Assembly: GCF_006345805.1 (NCBI RefSeq)
Contig: NC_042997.1
Location: 184,698,001-184,762,000, forward strand
From: Octopus sinensis
Taxonomy: Eukaryota
Reading direction: 5' to 3'
Length of the DNA: 64,000 nucleotides
This document shows positions 12,183-24,689 of the stretch, one piece after another (position 1 is the first letter of the stretch; every line of letters begins with the position of its first letter). The notes under the pieces are model-generated. The model was not told where the DNA came from and did not search any database. It saw nothing but the letters and a program-made list of their open reading frames with translations. The translations under genes were made by a program, and so were the position numbers.

Positions 12183-13476
12183 CGGTTTTTTGACTATTTA
12201 TTAAAATTTTATGTATTGATTAAGTCTTTCCTTGTTTGTTTTGCAAAATAGTGGTTTTGTCTCTAATAATATTTTATAATATTTTACTATAAAATCGATT
12301 TAATCCTAAATCTGATTTTTTCCATGTAATTTTGGATTTATTCCCTAATATTTATTATTTATATATATATATTATTATATATATACATACACACATATAT
12401 ACATAAGTATATGTATATATATACATATACGCATATGTCAGCCATCAAATGTAATCCAACTACGAGTACCATGTGAATTTTGTAAAACAAGCATGTGAGC
12501 TTCCAGACTTGACATAATCAGTAATAATGATGTCTAGCGTCGGAACAAGGTCAAAATACTACTGTTGCTATATTTGATGAAGTGTGTCATGAGTGTATGT
12601 TTTCCTGTTTTGGATTTCAGAGTTGAGAGACGTAATATTAGGATGTAATTGTTGGAATATGCCAGAGAAATAACAATCTGTATTTCTAAAATATCGGATA
12701 TCGTGAAATACAATTGTTTAGCGGGATTTTCGTTGCACCGTATATTTTCAAGTAAACACGGACAAAATGCCGCTAAGCATTTTCCCTGCTCACCATACTA
12801 AAGATGCTGACTGCTCGCTTTCTTAGATTCACAAATAATATTAATTAGTTATTTAAGGCAGAATCGTTAGTGTGTCGGCGAAATACTTAGCGGTATTTCT
12901 TCCGTCTCTGTGTTTGAGTAAAATTTAGTCGAGGTAGACTTTACCTTTTATTGTTTCAGGGTCAAAATATGTACCAGTTGAGATGAATTTCTTTGAGGGT
13001 GCACATGTCTATGGTGTACTCAGCCACTTGCACGTTAATTTCACGAGCAGGTTGATCCGTTGACCCGATCAACTGGAATCTTTGTCGTCGTAACCGAAGG
13101 AATGACAGTTATAAAACCTTAATATTTTAGTAATCTCTATGTGATCCTTAACCATTTTCCGTGCCATTGCACAACTGTGGATCATTTCGATTATGCAGCA
13201 GCATAACTGAATTTTAATATCCTGGAACAATTTTCAAATGCATTGGTTTGAAGTTATGACTATTTCCTAGTCACAGGAAATGCCTTGCGCTATGTATCCT
13301 GGCCCTTTAAATTCTGAGTTCAAATTTTGCATATGTTTCTACAGGATCAATTAGATGATGTGCCAGTCAAGTATTGAAGCCAATTTAATCAGCTAACCCT
13401 TCCTTTCAAATTAATGACCTCGTGCATATGCTTGAAACAACTTGATTTCCGAAACATTATTCTTATTTTACTGAAA

Positions 13477-13706
13477 GGCGGCGAGCTGGCAGAAACGTTA
13501 GCACGCCAGGCGAAATGCGTTGCTATATTTCGTCTGTCGTTACGTTGTGAGTTCAAATTCCGCCGAGGTCGACTTTGCCTTTCATCCTTTCGGGGTCGAT
13601 AAATAAAGTACCAGTTACGCACTGGGGTCGATGTAATCGACTTAATCCCTTTGTCTGTCCTTGTTTGTCCCCTCTATGTTTAGCCCCTTGTGGGCAATAA
13701 AGAAAT
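13477..13706 (+). mobile_element. SINE family S1
   Basis: Near-consensus copy. Degenerate S1 pieces also lie at ~12860-12985, ~13290-13440 and ~15915-16135. Confidence 0.9.
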
Positions 13707-14228
13707 ATATACTTATTTTACTGAGTACACCATCCAGCATAACAATTGCTACAATGCGCCAAGGATTACAAAGTAAAATTGACATTATTAATGGAAAGAC
13801 AAGTTCATTTAGTTGGGTAAGTGTAATGTTTATTGACTCAATACCTGTCTGTTACTAGTTATAAAAGTATCAATACTTCATTGTTCGCTTTAAGATCAAT
13901 GAAAGAAGTTAAATCTTAAGTGATGATAGGTAAAGACAACACCAGGAAGATTTGAACTCACAAGGTACGAAAAGTAAAGTAATTTTGTTCAGCTCTAATG
14001 TATCAAGCATCACACTGTTCTTACGGCATTGATCTTACATAGGTGCAAACATATATTTTAAAGAAGATAATGACATACTTAAAGGGATATAAGTAAAAGG
14101 AATTGGGTACAAATAAAACTCAAAACCGGATAATCGAATACGCACTCTTTGAAAGTTTTCTGTTGCACGCTGCAAGGCATTTGTTTACTTTTCCCGCCTT
14201 CTTTCTGTCTCTCATAAAACACATGCAC

Positions 14229-14283
<55 letters not shown>

Positions 14284-15209
14284 ACACACACACACACACA
14301 TATGAATATATGTATGTGTGTATTCTCAACTGAGAATGAGAAAATCTTTTCGAACGAAACGACACAGCTGACCGTATCGACTTACAAATATCACTGGTAC
14401 CTCCTTTACTCAGCCGTAAGATATCAAATACATACATGAATCTTGTATGATAATTTTAATCTAATGTCCTTCAGCGTACACAGATATTAACTACTTCTGG
14501 CTAGTGTAGAAAATAATGCCCGTCTATTAAAATCCATTTGTGTATGCTGTTAGATTTTCTGAAATTATATCTCGGAGCCCTCTGAACGTTATAACTTCGC
14601 GCTCTTTTATTTAGTGAAAAGAAATCAATTTTAATAGCAACACTTCCAGCCATTCTGTCTTACAACTGAGGCTAATATACGCAATATAATTCAGTGATAA
14701 CGAACCTCATAAGATGCTGTAGCAAAAGTCTTACATTTCAGTAAAATTCACTTTAATAAGTTATTTGTATATGAGATTGTCGTATCGAAGGAAGCAGAAA
14801 TTGGTCACCTGTTAGACGAGCCTGCTACAACATGCAGCCTCTGACGAAACTCTGGGATAAAACAAAAGACGTGTTGTTGCTATCATGATTATCAAATTAT
14901 TATCTTGAATCTCAGATTTTTGGTGTGAATTCTTTATTTTAAGTGGCCTGAAAATGTTTCTTTGAGACTCTCACCTCCGTGAATCATTCGCTTTCATCTT
15001 TACAATTTTCTCCCCTACTCCAGCAGACAATGAACTCGATTTTTACAACTGAATTCACAACGTAGAAATACAATATCTCACTTGGATTACGGCAACAGTT
15101 AACAAGGATGAAAGTTTGCCTTCCCTACTCATCTACATGCAATTCAATATGTATCTGCCACTTCCGTAAGTCTTTCAGTGAAATTTACTATTCTTAGCAT
15201 ATCATTGCT

Positions 15210-15241
15210 AATATATATATACATATATGTGTGTGTATATA

Positions 15242-15279
<38 letters not shown>

Positions 15280-15502
15280 TATATACACACATATATGTAT
15301 AATTTATATATATATACATAATACACACATATATGTATATTTATATATATATATATACATATATACACACATAGATATGTATATTTAATATATGTATGTA
15401 TATTATATATATATTATATATAATATACACATATATGTATATTTTTTATATATATATATATATATGTATATTTATATATATATATGTATGTTTATATATA
15501 TG

Positions 15503-15533
<31 letters not shown>

Positions 15534-15770
15534 TACATAGATACATACATATACACACACATATATGTATATATATATATACGTATACATATATATATAT
15601 ATATATACGCATATACATATATATACATATATATACACATATATATATATATGTATATATATACACACACACATATATATATACATATGCATACAAACAC
15701 ACACACACACTCACACATATATACATATGCATAACGCCCCCCCACACACACACTTATATATAATATCCAT
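15210..15770. repeat. TA/CA-rich compound microsatellite
   Basis: Direct inspection. Confidence 0.9.
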
Positions 15771-16568
15771 ATATAATTAAGTCAGCAATATACTTCAGCC
15801 TATAAGCTTACTGGCGCATAGTCTCTTCTGCCTCACTTGTGTACTATTTCCAAAATAGCTCTGCTGTTCTGAAATAGCTATTTATTTATGTATTTTTTTT
15901 TAATCCCCCGATTCAGGCGACGAAATGGTAGAATCATTTGCAACGTCGGGCAAAAATGCTTAGCGTAATTTCTTCTAGCCTCTTTACGTTCTGTGATCAA
16001 ATTCCGTTCAGGTCGACTTCGCAATTCATTCACCTTGATAAAATTTGTACCAGTTGAACACTAAGTTGATGTAATCGACTGACCCCACACTTGCGTAAAA
16101 TTACCAGTCTTGTTCCAAAAATTTGAAACATATATTTAAAGAGGTTGAAGTTGATGACCCTATCCTTTATTACATTCATAACAACAATCCTTTTCCGTTT
16201 ATACTTCATTATTACTCACCCGTAATCATCCCAATTTAAATACATTTTCTCATAGTTATTTTATTTCCCCTAATCTAACTTTATGATCATATAATATACC
16301 TTCAGTCGCATTATATACACACATCATTCATTCTAATTGAAGTTTGTAAAGATTAAGACAAACTATTTCAGAAAGCAAGGATGATTTTCATTTTCATTAT
16401 TATTTTACTAAGTTATTTCCTTTTTAGTCATATAATATATTATATGATTTTAAAATTTCCCTCTGCTAAGCACTTTATATTTCTCTCTTTCTATCTACCT
16501 CTTCGACAAACTTTTTAGCATCGAAAAATACCTTAGGAATGAGAACCCAGGTTCGAAATTTTCCCCAC

Positions 16569-16613
16569 GACACTGATGAAGGCTGGAGGGTATATCAGCT
16601 GAAACGTTGTTTT
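16569..16613 (+). ncRNA. Minimal type I hammerhead ribozyme, family B (stem I decayed), in a head-less S5 body (16519-16660)
   Basis: GACA-CTGATGA-A-GGCTG[GAGGGTATAT]CAGCT-GAAA-CGTT^GTTTT, with palindromic AACGTT stem III. Confidence 0.8.
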
Positions 16614-16700
16614 AACAACAAACAAGATGAGGACAAATATCCATCAAATGTAAATAATGTAAATAATATATATTATTTACATTTACATCAGTCGCTATGA

Positions 16701-16891
16701 TAGATCGTTAGCCACTACACACATTTTTTTCTCTCCTTGTTTCTCTCTTTGTTTTTTTCTGTGTCCCTTTCTGTAGAAGAGCGCAGGCTCGAAATGTAAA
16801 AGACTTTTTCTATTCCTGAGCGTTATACTAATACATCTGTTCGTTTTGTACACCACCTGTTTTCGTCTTTTGTTTTTTCATAAACTCTCCC

Positions 16892-16892
<1 letters not shown>
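16701..16892 (+). mobile_element. Solo pLTR-end element (family A) with variant hammerhead at 16765-16804
   Basis: Homologous to the distal pLTR of the PLE at 26798-32258. CCCTTT-CTGTAGA-A-GAGC[GCAG]GCTC-GAAA-TGTA^AAAGAC, followed by (TA)n. Confidence 0.85.
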
Positions 16893-16943
<51 letters not shown>

Positions 16944-17124
16944 GTGTGTGTGTGTGTGTGTGTGTGTATAAATTTTCTCGCTGGATTACGTGTTCGTTTC
17001 TCTTTTTACCATCTGTGAGTTTATTGTTGATCTATATAAATGAAGCTTTTTCCTCCGTCTGGATGCTTTCCTTTCTATAAAACGGGAAGTTACATTGCGG
17101 AACAGTTATTTTAACGAGTTGTAT

Positions 17125-17242
17125 TTATTTATCACCCGACGAGACACATCTGCAGCGTCGGGTGCTTATGAACCAGTTGTTGACTATCCCATCCATGAGG
17201 AATCGATGCTAGATGTGTCGAAACAATTGTCGTGATTAATAA
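17125..17242 (+). ncRNA. Type I hammerhead ribozyme, family E, long stem II (U4 reads C in this copy)
   Basis: TTATT.ATCAC-CCGACGA-GACACATCT[59 nt insert with further pairing AGCGTCG/CGATGCT]AGATGTGTC-GAAA-C[AATT]GT-C^GTGAT.AATAA. Palindromic ACAATTGT; GUC cleavage after 17231. Confidence 0.85.
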
Positions 17243-17390
17243 TAAATTCTCATATATTCCACCTTCCGTCTTTCATTTGCCATTGTACATAAGGATCACT
17301 GTGAAAGTGACCGGGCTTTACCAGTAAGTTACCAGGTGTAATCCATTCGTTTTATTATCCACCATATATATATATATATATCTATATATA

Positions 17391-17421
<31 letters not shown>

Positions 17422-17510
17422 TACTAATATAAGATGAAGTTTTCTTACAGAAAAAATTTCATCAAAAAAGTGGCAGCATATTAAAATAGCTTTAACGGTT
17501 AAAATTATAA

Positions 17511-17720
17511 ACAACTTATAAACAAAGGCAAAAGAAAATTATTTCTATGCCAATATGCTTATAACAGACTTTTAAATCGTCAATTTCCACATATTATTAT
17601 ACCCACAACAGAACTACGTAATTCTGTAGTGGGTATAATATGTGGAAATTGACGATTTAAAAGTCTGTTATCAGCATATTGGCATAGAAATAATTTTTTT
17701 TGCCCTTGTTTATAAGTTGT
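17511..17720. repeat. 210 bp near-perfect hairpin (arms 103 and 99 bp)
   Basis: Arms are reverse complements with about 5 differences. Centre GAA-C-TACGTA-A-TTC. Confidence 0.93.
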
Positions 17721-18163
17721 GTGTGTGTGTGTATATATATATATGTATATGTTTGTATCTATGCATACCTACTGCCAACGACAGAACTGTTTCCATTCAC
17801 CAAATTTCAGTCACAATATATTGGGTGCAGCGGAGCCTATGATAGGAAGCATTGCCAAAAACGATGCGCAGCTGAATCTATCCCCAAACAACGTTTACGC
17901 AAAGCAGGGCTCTTAACCGTACAAAAATATTTACTCTTACCCAGGCCCATACGACCAACTGTTTCTCCTCTCACACTCATCCTTATGTGTATGTAGCTAT
18001 AGCTATGTTATTTAACCGAGAGATTTCATTAATCTGAGATTTATGGATTGTTTTACCAAATTTCTTTTTCCATTGCAGTTTTGAAACACATAAATGAAAT
18101 TGAAATAACTTTCTACAGCGAGCCATTTATCATCTCTACTCCACCCTCCCATAAATCATATAA

Positions 18164-18214
<51 letters not shown>

Positions 18215-18987
18215 AATATATGTATGTATATGTCCATTTACCTACCTACTTCCTCCCTTCCTTATATATTTATCTGAATGTGTGTCGGTATGTTGTATTA
18301 TTAGCTACTTTCTTAGCTAACTACCGACACAGACAGACGAAGCGTGGTAATTTGTCTATCCTCTCGTCTTTCTGTTTATCAATCCATCTATCCATCAATT
18401 TGAATAGAGTCTAACACCCACTCAGTCACACACATACTCCTTTATTCTGTCTCTCTGTCTGTCTGTTTGTCTCTCTCTCTCTCGGTCTCTCACTCATACA
18501 CATACACACACACATGCACGAACACATACGAATATGTATACAAACACAAGGACACACATAGGTAAACACACAAATACACTTTATCATTATATATCGAAAT
18601 CCCTATTTTGAAGTCTCTCTCTTTCCTGTCTAGGACAATACCTTACTACTCACACACCACCATCTATTACACTTAAATTTCCTAAGAATATGTATGTTTA
18701 CAGACGTTTGTGTTTGTATTGGTCACGAACCGACTGTTTAACTTCAGGTGTCATTCAGACTGCAACACAGTGATATATGGGCACATAAGTAGGGTTTATA
18801 TTTTATGGCCCTAACATCAACACCACTGCTATCTCAATGGTTCTTCTCTCTCTTTCTCTCTTTCTAATTTTATATCTATTTACAACACAGTATTTTTTTC
18901 TTATTCTCACTATTTCATTCCACACTCAAACACTCTCCCATCCTCCTCCTCCACATCTTTCTTTTTTTTTCTTTTTCTTTTTCTTTT

Positions 18988-19378
18988 TGCTTGTTTCAGT
19001 CATTCGACTGCGGCCATGCTGGAGCACCGCCTTTAGTCGAGCAAATCGACCCCGGGACTTATTCTTTTGTAAGCCCAGTACTTATTCTATCGGTCTTTTT
19101 TGCCGAACCGCTAAGTTTACGGGGACGTAAACACACCAGCATCGGTTGTCAAGCAATGCTAGGGGGGACAAACACAGACACACAAACACATACATATATA
19201 TATATACATATATACGACGGGCTTCTTTCAGTTTCCGTCTACCAAATCCACTCACAAGGCATTGGTCAGCCCAGGGCTATAGCAGAGGACACTTGCCCAA
19301 GATGCCACGCAGGGGGACTGAACCCAGAACCATGTGGCTGGTTAGCAAGCTACTTACCACACAGCCACTCCTGCGCCT
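18988..19378 (-). mobile_element. tRNA-derived SINE family S2 with internal (TA/TG) microsatellite
   Basis: Head AGGCGCAGGAGTGGCTGTGTGGTAAG..GGGTTCAGTCCC, CORE-like (A/T)CTTGGGCAAGTG, A-rich tail. About 10 copies in the window. Confidence 0.9.
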
Positions 19379-19767
19379 TCTAAACATCCCTTCTAAACAT
19401 TTCCTTCTAAACATTCCTTCCCTTCTAACATTAAATTTACATTCCTTCTACACATCAACTTTTTCAGAATTTTGAATTGAAGTTATCATCAACAACAATA
19501 TCAACAATAATAATGATGACAAATAAACAACAACTACAGCAACAGTTTCTATTAAACCGGCAAAAATAAGGGCAGCAATGAGCAATTAAGCTACACTTGA
19601 TGCAATTCGGATTATTGTTACTGTTGTTGTTGTTATTATACTTGCTAATGTTTCTACAAGAGTGTATAAGGCCACTATCGGCCTGAGTCGGCAATACACA
19701 CACACACACACACACACATACACACACACACACACAGACACACTCACACAAATATATATATATATAT

Positions 19768-20051
19768 GTGGAGGCGCAATGGCCTAGTGGTTAGGGCAGC
19801 GGACTCACGGTCGTAGGATCGCGGTTTCGATTCCCAGACCGGGCGTTGCGAGTGTCTATTGAGCGAAAACACTTAAAAGCTCCACGACGCTCCGGCAGGG
19901 GGTGGTGATCCCTGCTGTACTCTTTCACCACTCTTTCTTCTGTTGGCCTGCTCGCTTAGCCAGGGGGTGGCGTCATTCGAAGGCTAAAACAATGCGAACG
20001 CATTGTGACCAGCGATGTGTAACTACATCTGATGGTCTGGTCGGTCACGTG

Positions 20052-20055
<4 letters not shown>
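19768..20055 (+). mobile_element. tRNA-derived SINE family S3
   Basis: A box TGGCCTAGTGG, B box GTTTCGATTCC, ends in (TA)n. Second copy at 44885-45175 (-). Confidence 0.88.
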
Positions 20056-20105
<50 letters not shown>

Positions 20106-20112
20106 TAATACA

Positions 20113-20528
20113 CGAGCAAAACGCCCCCTGTCCAATGGACGGTGCTGAATCATATCTGCTGAATAAAAACAATCAGTGTTTTCTTTTCATTAAAAAATAA
20201 TTAAGCATGCCTTTATTTCAAAACTTCTTGAGAAACCAAATAGTCTTTCCTTACTTCATGCCAAGTTAGAAGAAAACATCTCTTTTCCATCGTACTTTTT
20301 TGATCTCTTAAATATATTGCATTTTGTGGCATTATTTCAACCCAGCCGAGGTTTTTGCGCAAAATGCACGTGCATTTTTCTCGCGTACGAGTATTATCGA
20401 TCGCAACAGCTGATCTACTTGAGCGTATAAATGCACGTTCCCACGGCTTTATCGATCTACATATCAAATTTCAGCGTAATTGGATGGAGGATGCCCGAGA
20501 TCCTAGAAGACACAGAGAGAACGGATTT

Positions 20529-20540
<12 letters not shown>
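20113..20540 (-). mobile_element. Probable non-autonomous Helitron/Helentron-derived (HINE/DINE-1-like) element
   Basis: On the minus strand it starts TATATATAAAA followed by a short CT/GT tract and ..CTGAAATTT.., and ends in a GC-rich hairpin (CCGTCCATTGGACAGG) followed by GCTCGT (CTAG-like). Assigned by resemblance only. Confidence 0.45.
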
Positions 20541-20584
<44 letters not shown>

Positions 20585-20863
20585 ATATATAATTAGGCCA
20601 CAATGAGTACAAAGAGTATTGAATAAACAATAAGTAATAAGTAATATGGTTTATGTCTATCATTGTTTGAATTGCATAATAGTGGTGTTCCTCTAATTTA
20701 TATATATTATATATTTATATTGTGAAATTTGATTCAATACTAAATTCAATTTTTCCCTGTAAGTTATACCCCCAAATTTTATATATACATGCGCGTTCCG
20801 ACGACGGCTTAGCTGGTCAAACCCTTGAAGTCACAGTCAAAAACATTCTTGAATAAGCATTAT

Positions 20864-20959
<96 letters not shown>

Positions 20960-21249
20960 GTATATTTGAAAACTTAAGAAGGCAATAAATGTATATGTTC
21001 AATATCAATGTGTATATCCGGTGAGTATGTATCACCGGTTACTATGTGTCGTTTTCTATTTGAAATAATTCATTAATCCTTGCGTGAAACACTAGTCTTT
21101 AATTTGATATTTTGTACTGTTTTTCTTTTACCATTCCTAAGTTTGAAGAGTTATGTATCCATGTATGGGCGATATAACAGGTGCACATTTTTTTTTACCA
21201 CATATCTGAAGCGGAAGTGACACTGTAGACAGATATCTATAACTTTAAC

Positions 21250-21386
21250 AGGCACCCACACACATACACATAGGCACACACACATACACACATAGTTATA
21301 GATTTATATATATGTATATATACTGCATGTATATCCGTGTTATATGTATAATATATATTGTGCGTGTGTACACAGATACAAACATA

Positions 21387-21426
<40 letters not shown>

Positions 21427-21745
21427 TATATATATACATATGTTTATATACATATATATACATATGTTTATATACATATATATAATCATATGTATATATA
21501 CATATATTATACATATATATATACATATGTATATATACATATATTTATACATATGTATATATACATATATAAAATACATATATATCTAATATATCTCTAA
21601 TATATATCTATATCTCTCTCTATATATAGATATATATATATATATATTAATATACATATGTATATATATATCACATATGTGTAATATATATATATATATA
21701 TATATATATATCTATATATATTATATATATATATATATAATATGT

Positions 21746-21784
<39 letters not shown>

Positions 21785-21819
21785 ATATATATATATATAT
21801 AATATATATATACATATGT

Positions 21820-21857
<38 letters not shown>

Positions 21858-21915
21858 TATATATATATATATAATATATATAATATACTACATATACATA
21901 CAGGTATGTATGTAT
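21250..21915. repeat. TA/CA-rich compound microsatellite
   Basis: Direct inspection. Confidence 0.9.
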
Positions 21916-22340
21916 ACACGCTACAAACAAAAAAAAATATATTGAAGATGATAAACAAATAAACGGAAAACTATTTTAACGCTTAAATGGCGTGTTGTAA
22001 AGTCATTAAAAGGGAAAGGAAATTCTTGCAAGAAACCACACACCAAGGATAGTCAATAGATTCTCAGTATTTTATTCTCGAAGGTACTCTAAATTAGACA
22101 TACATCCTCTACATTAAAATGTCTCTTCCTTTTTACTTTTGAAGTATCATTTGTAAACGATGGACCAAGCATAACATGGTTGAATGGGAGAGGTTTTAAT
22201 ACTCGGGCCGTTTCCTTTAGAAATTGTTTCCACTTGAAAACAGTCTATACATTTTATATACAAATATCTACATACTGACACAAAAGCAGAAACGCAACAA
22301 AATTACACACACTTGCACATTCACAGATTCATATATATAT

Positions 22341-22380
<40 letters not shown>

Positions 22381-24213
22381 CTGCTTCACACGCGACACAT
22401 GCACACACAAATTCATTTACGTTCATGCCCATAAACACATAACACATATGTGTTTCTATAATATTGATCAAATCAATTGTAGATTTGTTAGGACAAACTT
22501 AAGATAATTTTGTAGTTTTCATACAATGAAGAATTCAATATGTTTACCCAAAACAATTTTTGAATTAAGAATAGAATAGATATAATGGCTCAATTTTTCC
22601 TGTGAGAGTTTCTCAGATTTCTTTACAGATTTCTGAAAATGTCTGTCGTATTAATGACAAAAGTCTCTAAATCATAAGAGATTTAGTATTTAGTATTGGA
22701 AAAGCTCAGTAGGCCCTTTTCGCTGCAACCATTAAGAATAAAGGCTTTCCATACATTGATATTTGTGGAATTTATGTTCTTTTAGTATAATTGTATTAGT
22801 TTACCTAATGTAGAAGGAAACGGTAACTGTTATGTCTATCAATATAGAGAATATTTATTGTGGTCTATTCTTTAAGGGAGTTAAAATTTTATGCAAGGAA
22901 ATATAATTCCTTGCTCTCACCGGATTTAATTACCATACGAAATCTTTGTGAGAAATTGCCTGGCACATTAAAGAATATTCATGCAGTGATTTTGATTGTT
23001 AAAAGTTTTGATATTTCAATCTCTCCAGAGGGGAAATTCGAAACCTTATTACAGTAAATATATTCTAATAAATTAAGTGCCTCTATCGTAGGAATGTGGC
23101 TGAAACCGTTAGCCATCTATTCCTGAAGATACAGTCCTAATATGCGCAGCGTTATCGCGTTATAATTATAATCTGTTGCCTTAATACATTTAATGTAAAA
23201 TATTTTTCTGCATATTTTGTCATAATAACAGGTTGTACTATATCTAATGAAATTACTTCATTTAGAAATAAATTCTCCGGAGGCTAACATAATATGCTTA
23301 ATCAAATATTAATGAATGTTTTCTAATTTAGAAAATGTGCTATAGCAATACATTATTTATATTACAACAATAAAACAAAGCACAGAATATCACTAAGAAG
23401 CCATGCATACAGTTAATAGAAACTGTCATACTGTTTTATATTAAAACCAATACATGACCTGTAGGGCGAACTGCAGTGTTGTAGCAACGGTTTAGTGTTA
23501 TATAAACAATGCATTATAATAACAAACGCTATAGAGTAGAAGGTATTGACGTCTTATATATTTTACACATCGCTAACGAAATGCCTAAACAAATATATTC
23601 ACAATTGCCGGAATTAACACAGCAAGCAAAAGCGTTATATTCATTTGACAAAAAGTTTTCGTCTCACTATAATAAATCATCCTGTTTTCTATTGTATGCT
23701 TCTTCACCTATATATTTATAAAGAGTCTCAAAGAAAAGTGGTTGCGGTACATATAAACGCTTCACAAAGTGTGCTGTATCTTCAGTTACATAGCACAAAT
23801 GTGAATATGTGTTTGTACTTCTGTGTGAGGGCACACACACATATATATATATATGTACATGCGCACACTCTAACTCAAATGCTTACGCACGAATGTATAC
23901 TTACACGCATACATTTCGATGTATGTATACAGAGATGTAGATATATGTCTATATGTGTTTCTGTGTGTGTGTGTGTGCTGTGTGTGTGTGTGTGTGTGTG
24001 TGTGCGTGCGTGCGTGCGAGTGTGTATGTGTAAGATGAATACTTGATTTATTGAAATCGTTCAGAGAGCGAAGGAGAGATAGGTACGGAGAAGCTGGGGA
24101 ATGAGAAAGAGAGAGGAAATATGCGGGTAATGAGAGAGAGAGGTAGAGTGAGCTAGAGAGAGAATGGGGGATTGAAAGAGAGATTGAAGGAGAGATATAG
24201 AATGAAAGACATA

Positions 24214-24268
<55 letters not shown>

Positions 24269-24689
24269 TAAACAAAAATGCTCAGTGACCATTGCAACCC
24301 ACTAACTGAAAGTGTGAATTAAATCTCAACAATAAAAAAGAAACTCTCCAGAATTGACCTACCAATAAGGAGAAAAAAAAGAGGTCAGCTGCTTACACAG
24401 GTTTCTACTTCAATAAATGTCATCACCACCGTAATTGTCTTCGCTTTAATCCTGAAGGCGTAAGGTGTCGATACGCTAAAGAATGGATTACATTTATCGC
24501 CTCCAATAGTATTCATAAGTAGAAGGAAAATGAGTTCATGGAAATAACAAATGACAAGGGATATCAATATGGACAACAAAGACCGAGGAAAATATATATT
24601 TTCCTGTATAGAAATAATTTTGACTTGGAGTGGCAGGAACAAATCTATTTATCTGTATTTTTGACGTTTGGACTGTATATGTATGTTTG

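Larger units (their letters stand above)
11953..12278. repeat. 326 bp near-perfect palindrome (arms 161 and 159 bp), probable inverted PLE pseudo-LTR pair
   Basis: 11953-12113 is the reverse complement of 12120-12278, apart from a 2 nt homopolymer indel. Centre GTC-TAATTT-GAC. Confidence 0.95.

Noticed and set aside
9540-22507. Numerous YI/CV/HT-repeat ORFs
   Set aside because: They are stop-free translations of (TA)n, (TG)n and (TATC)n microsatellites.
22500-23060. Faint resemblance to a PLE RT on the minus strand
   Set aside because: Too many stops and no clear catalytic motif to call it by eye.
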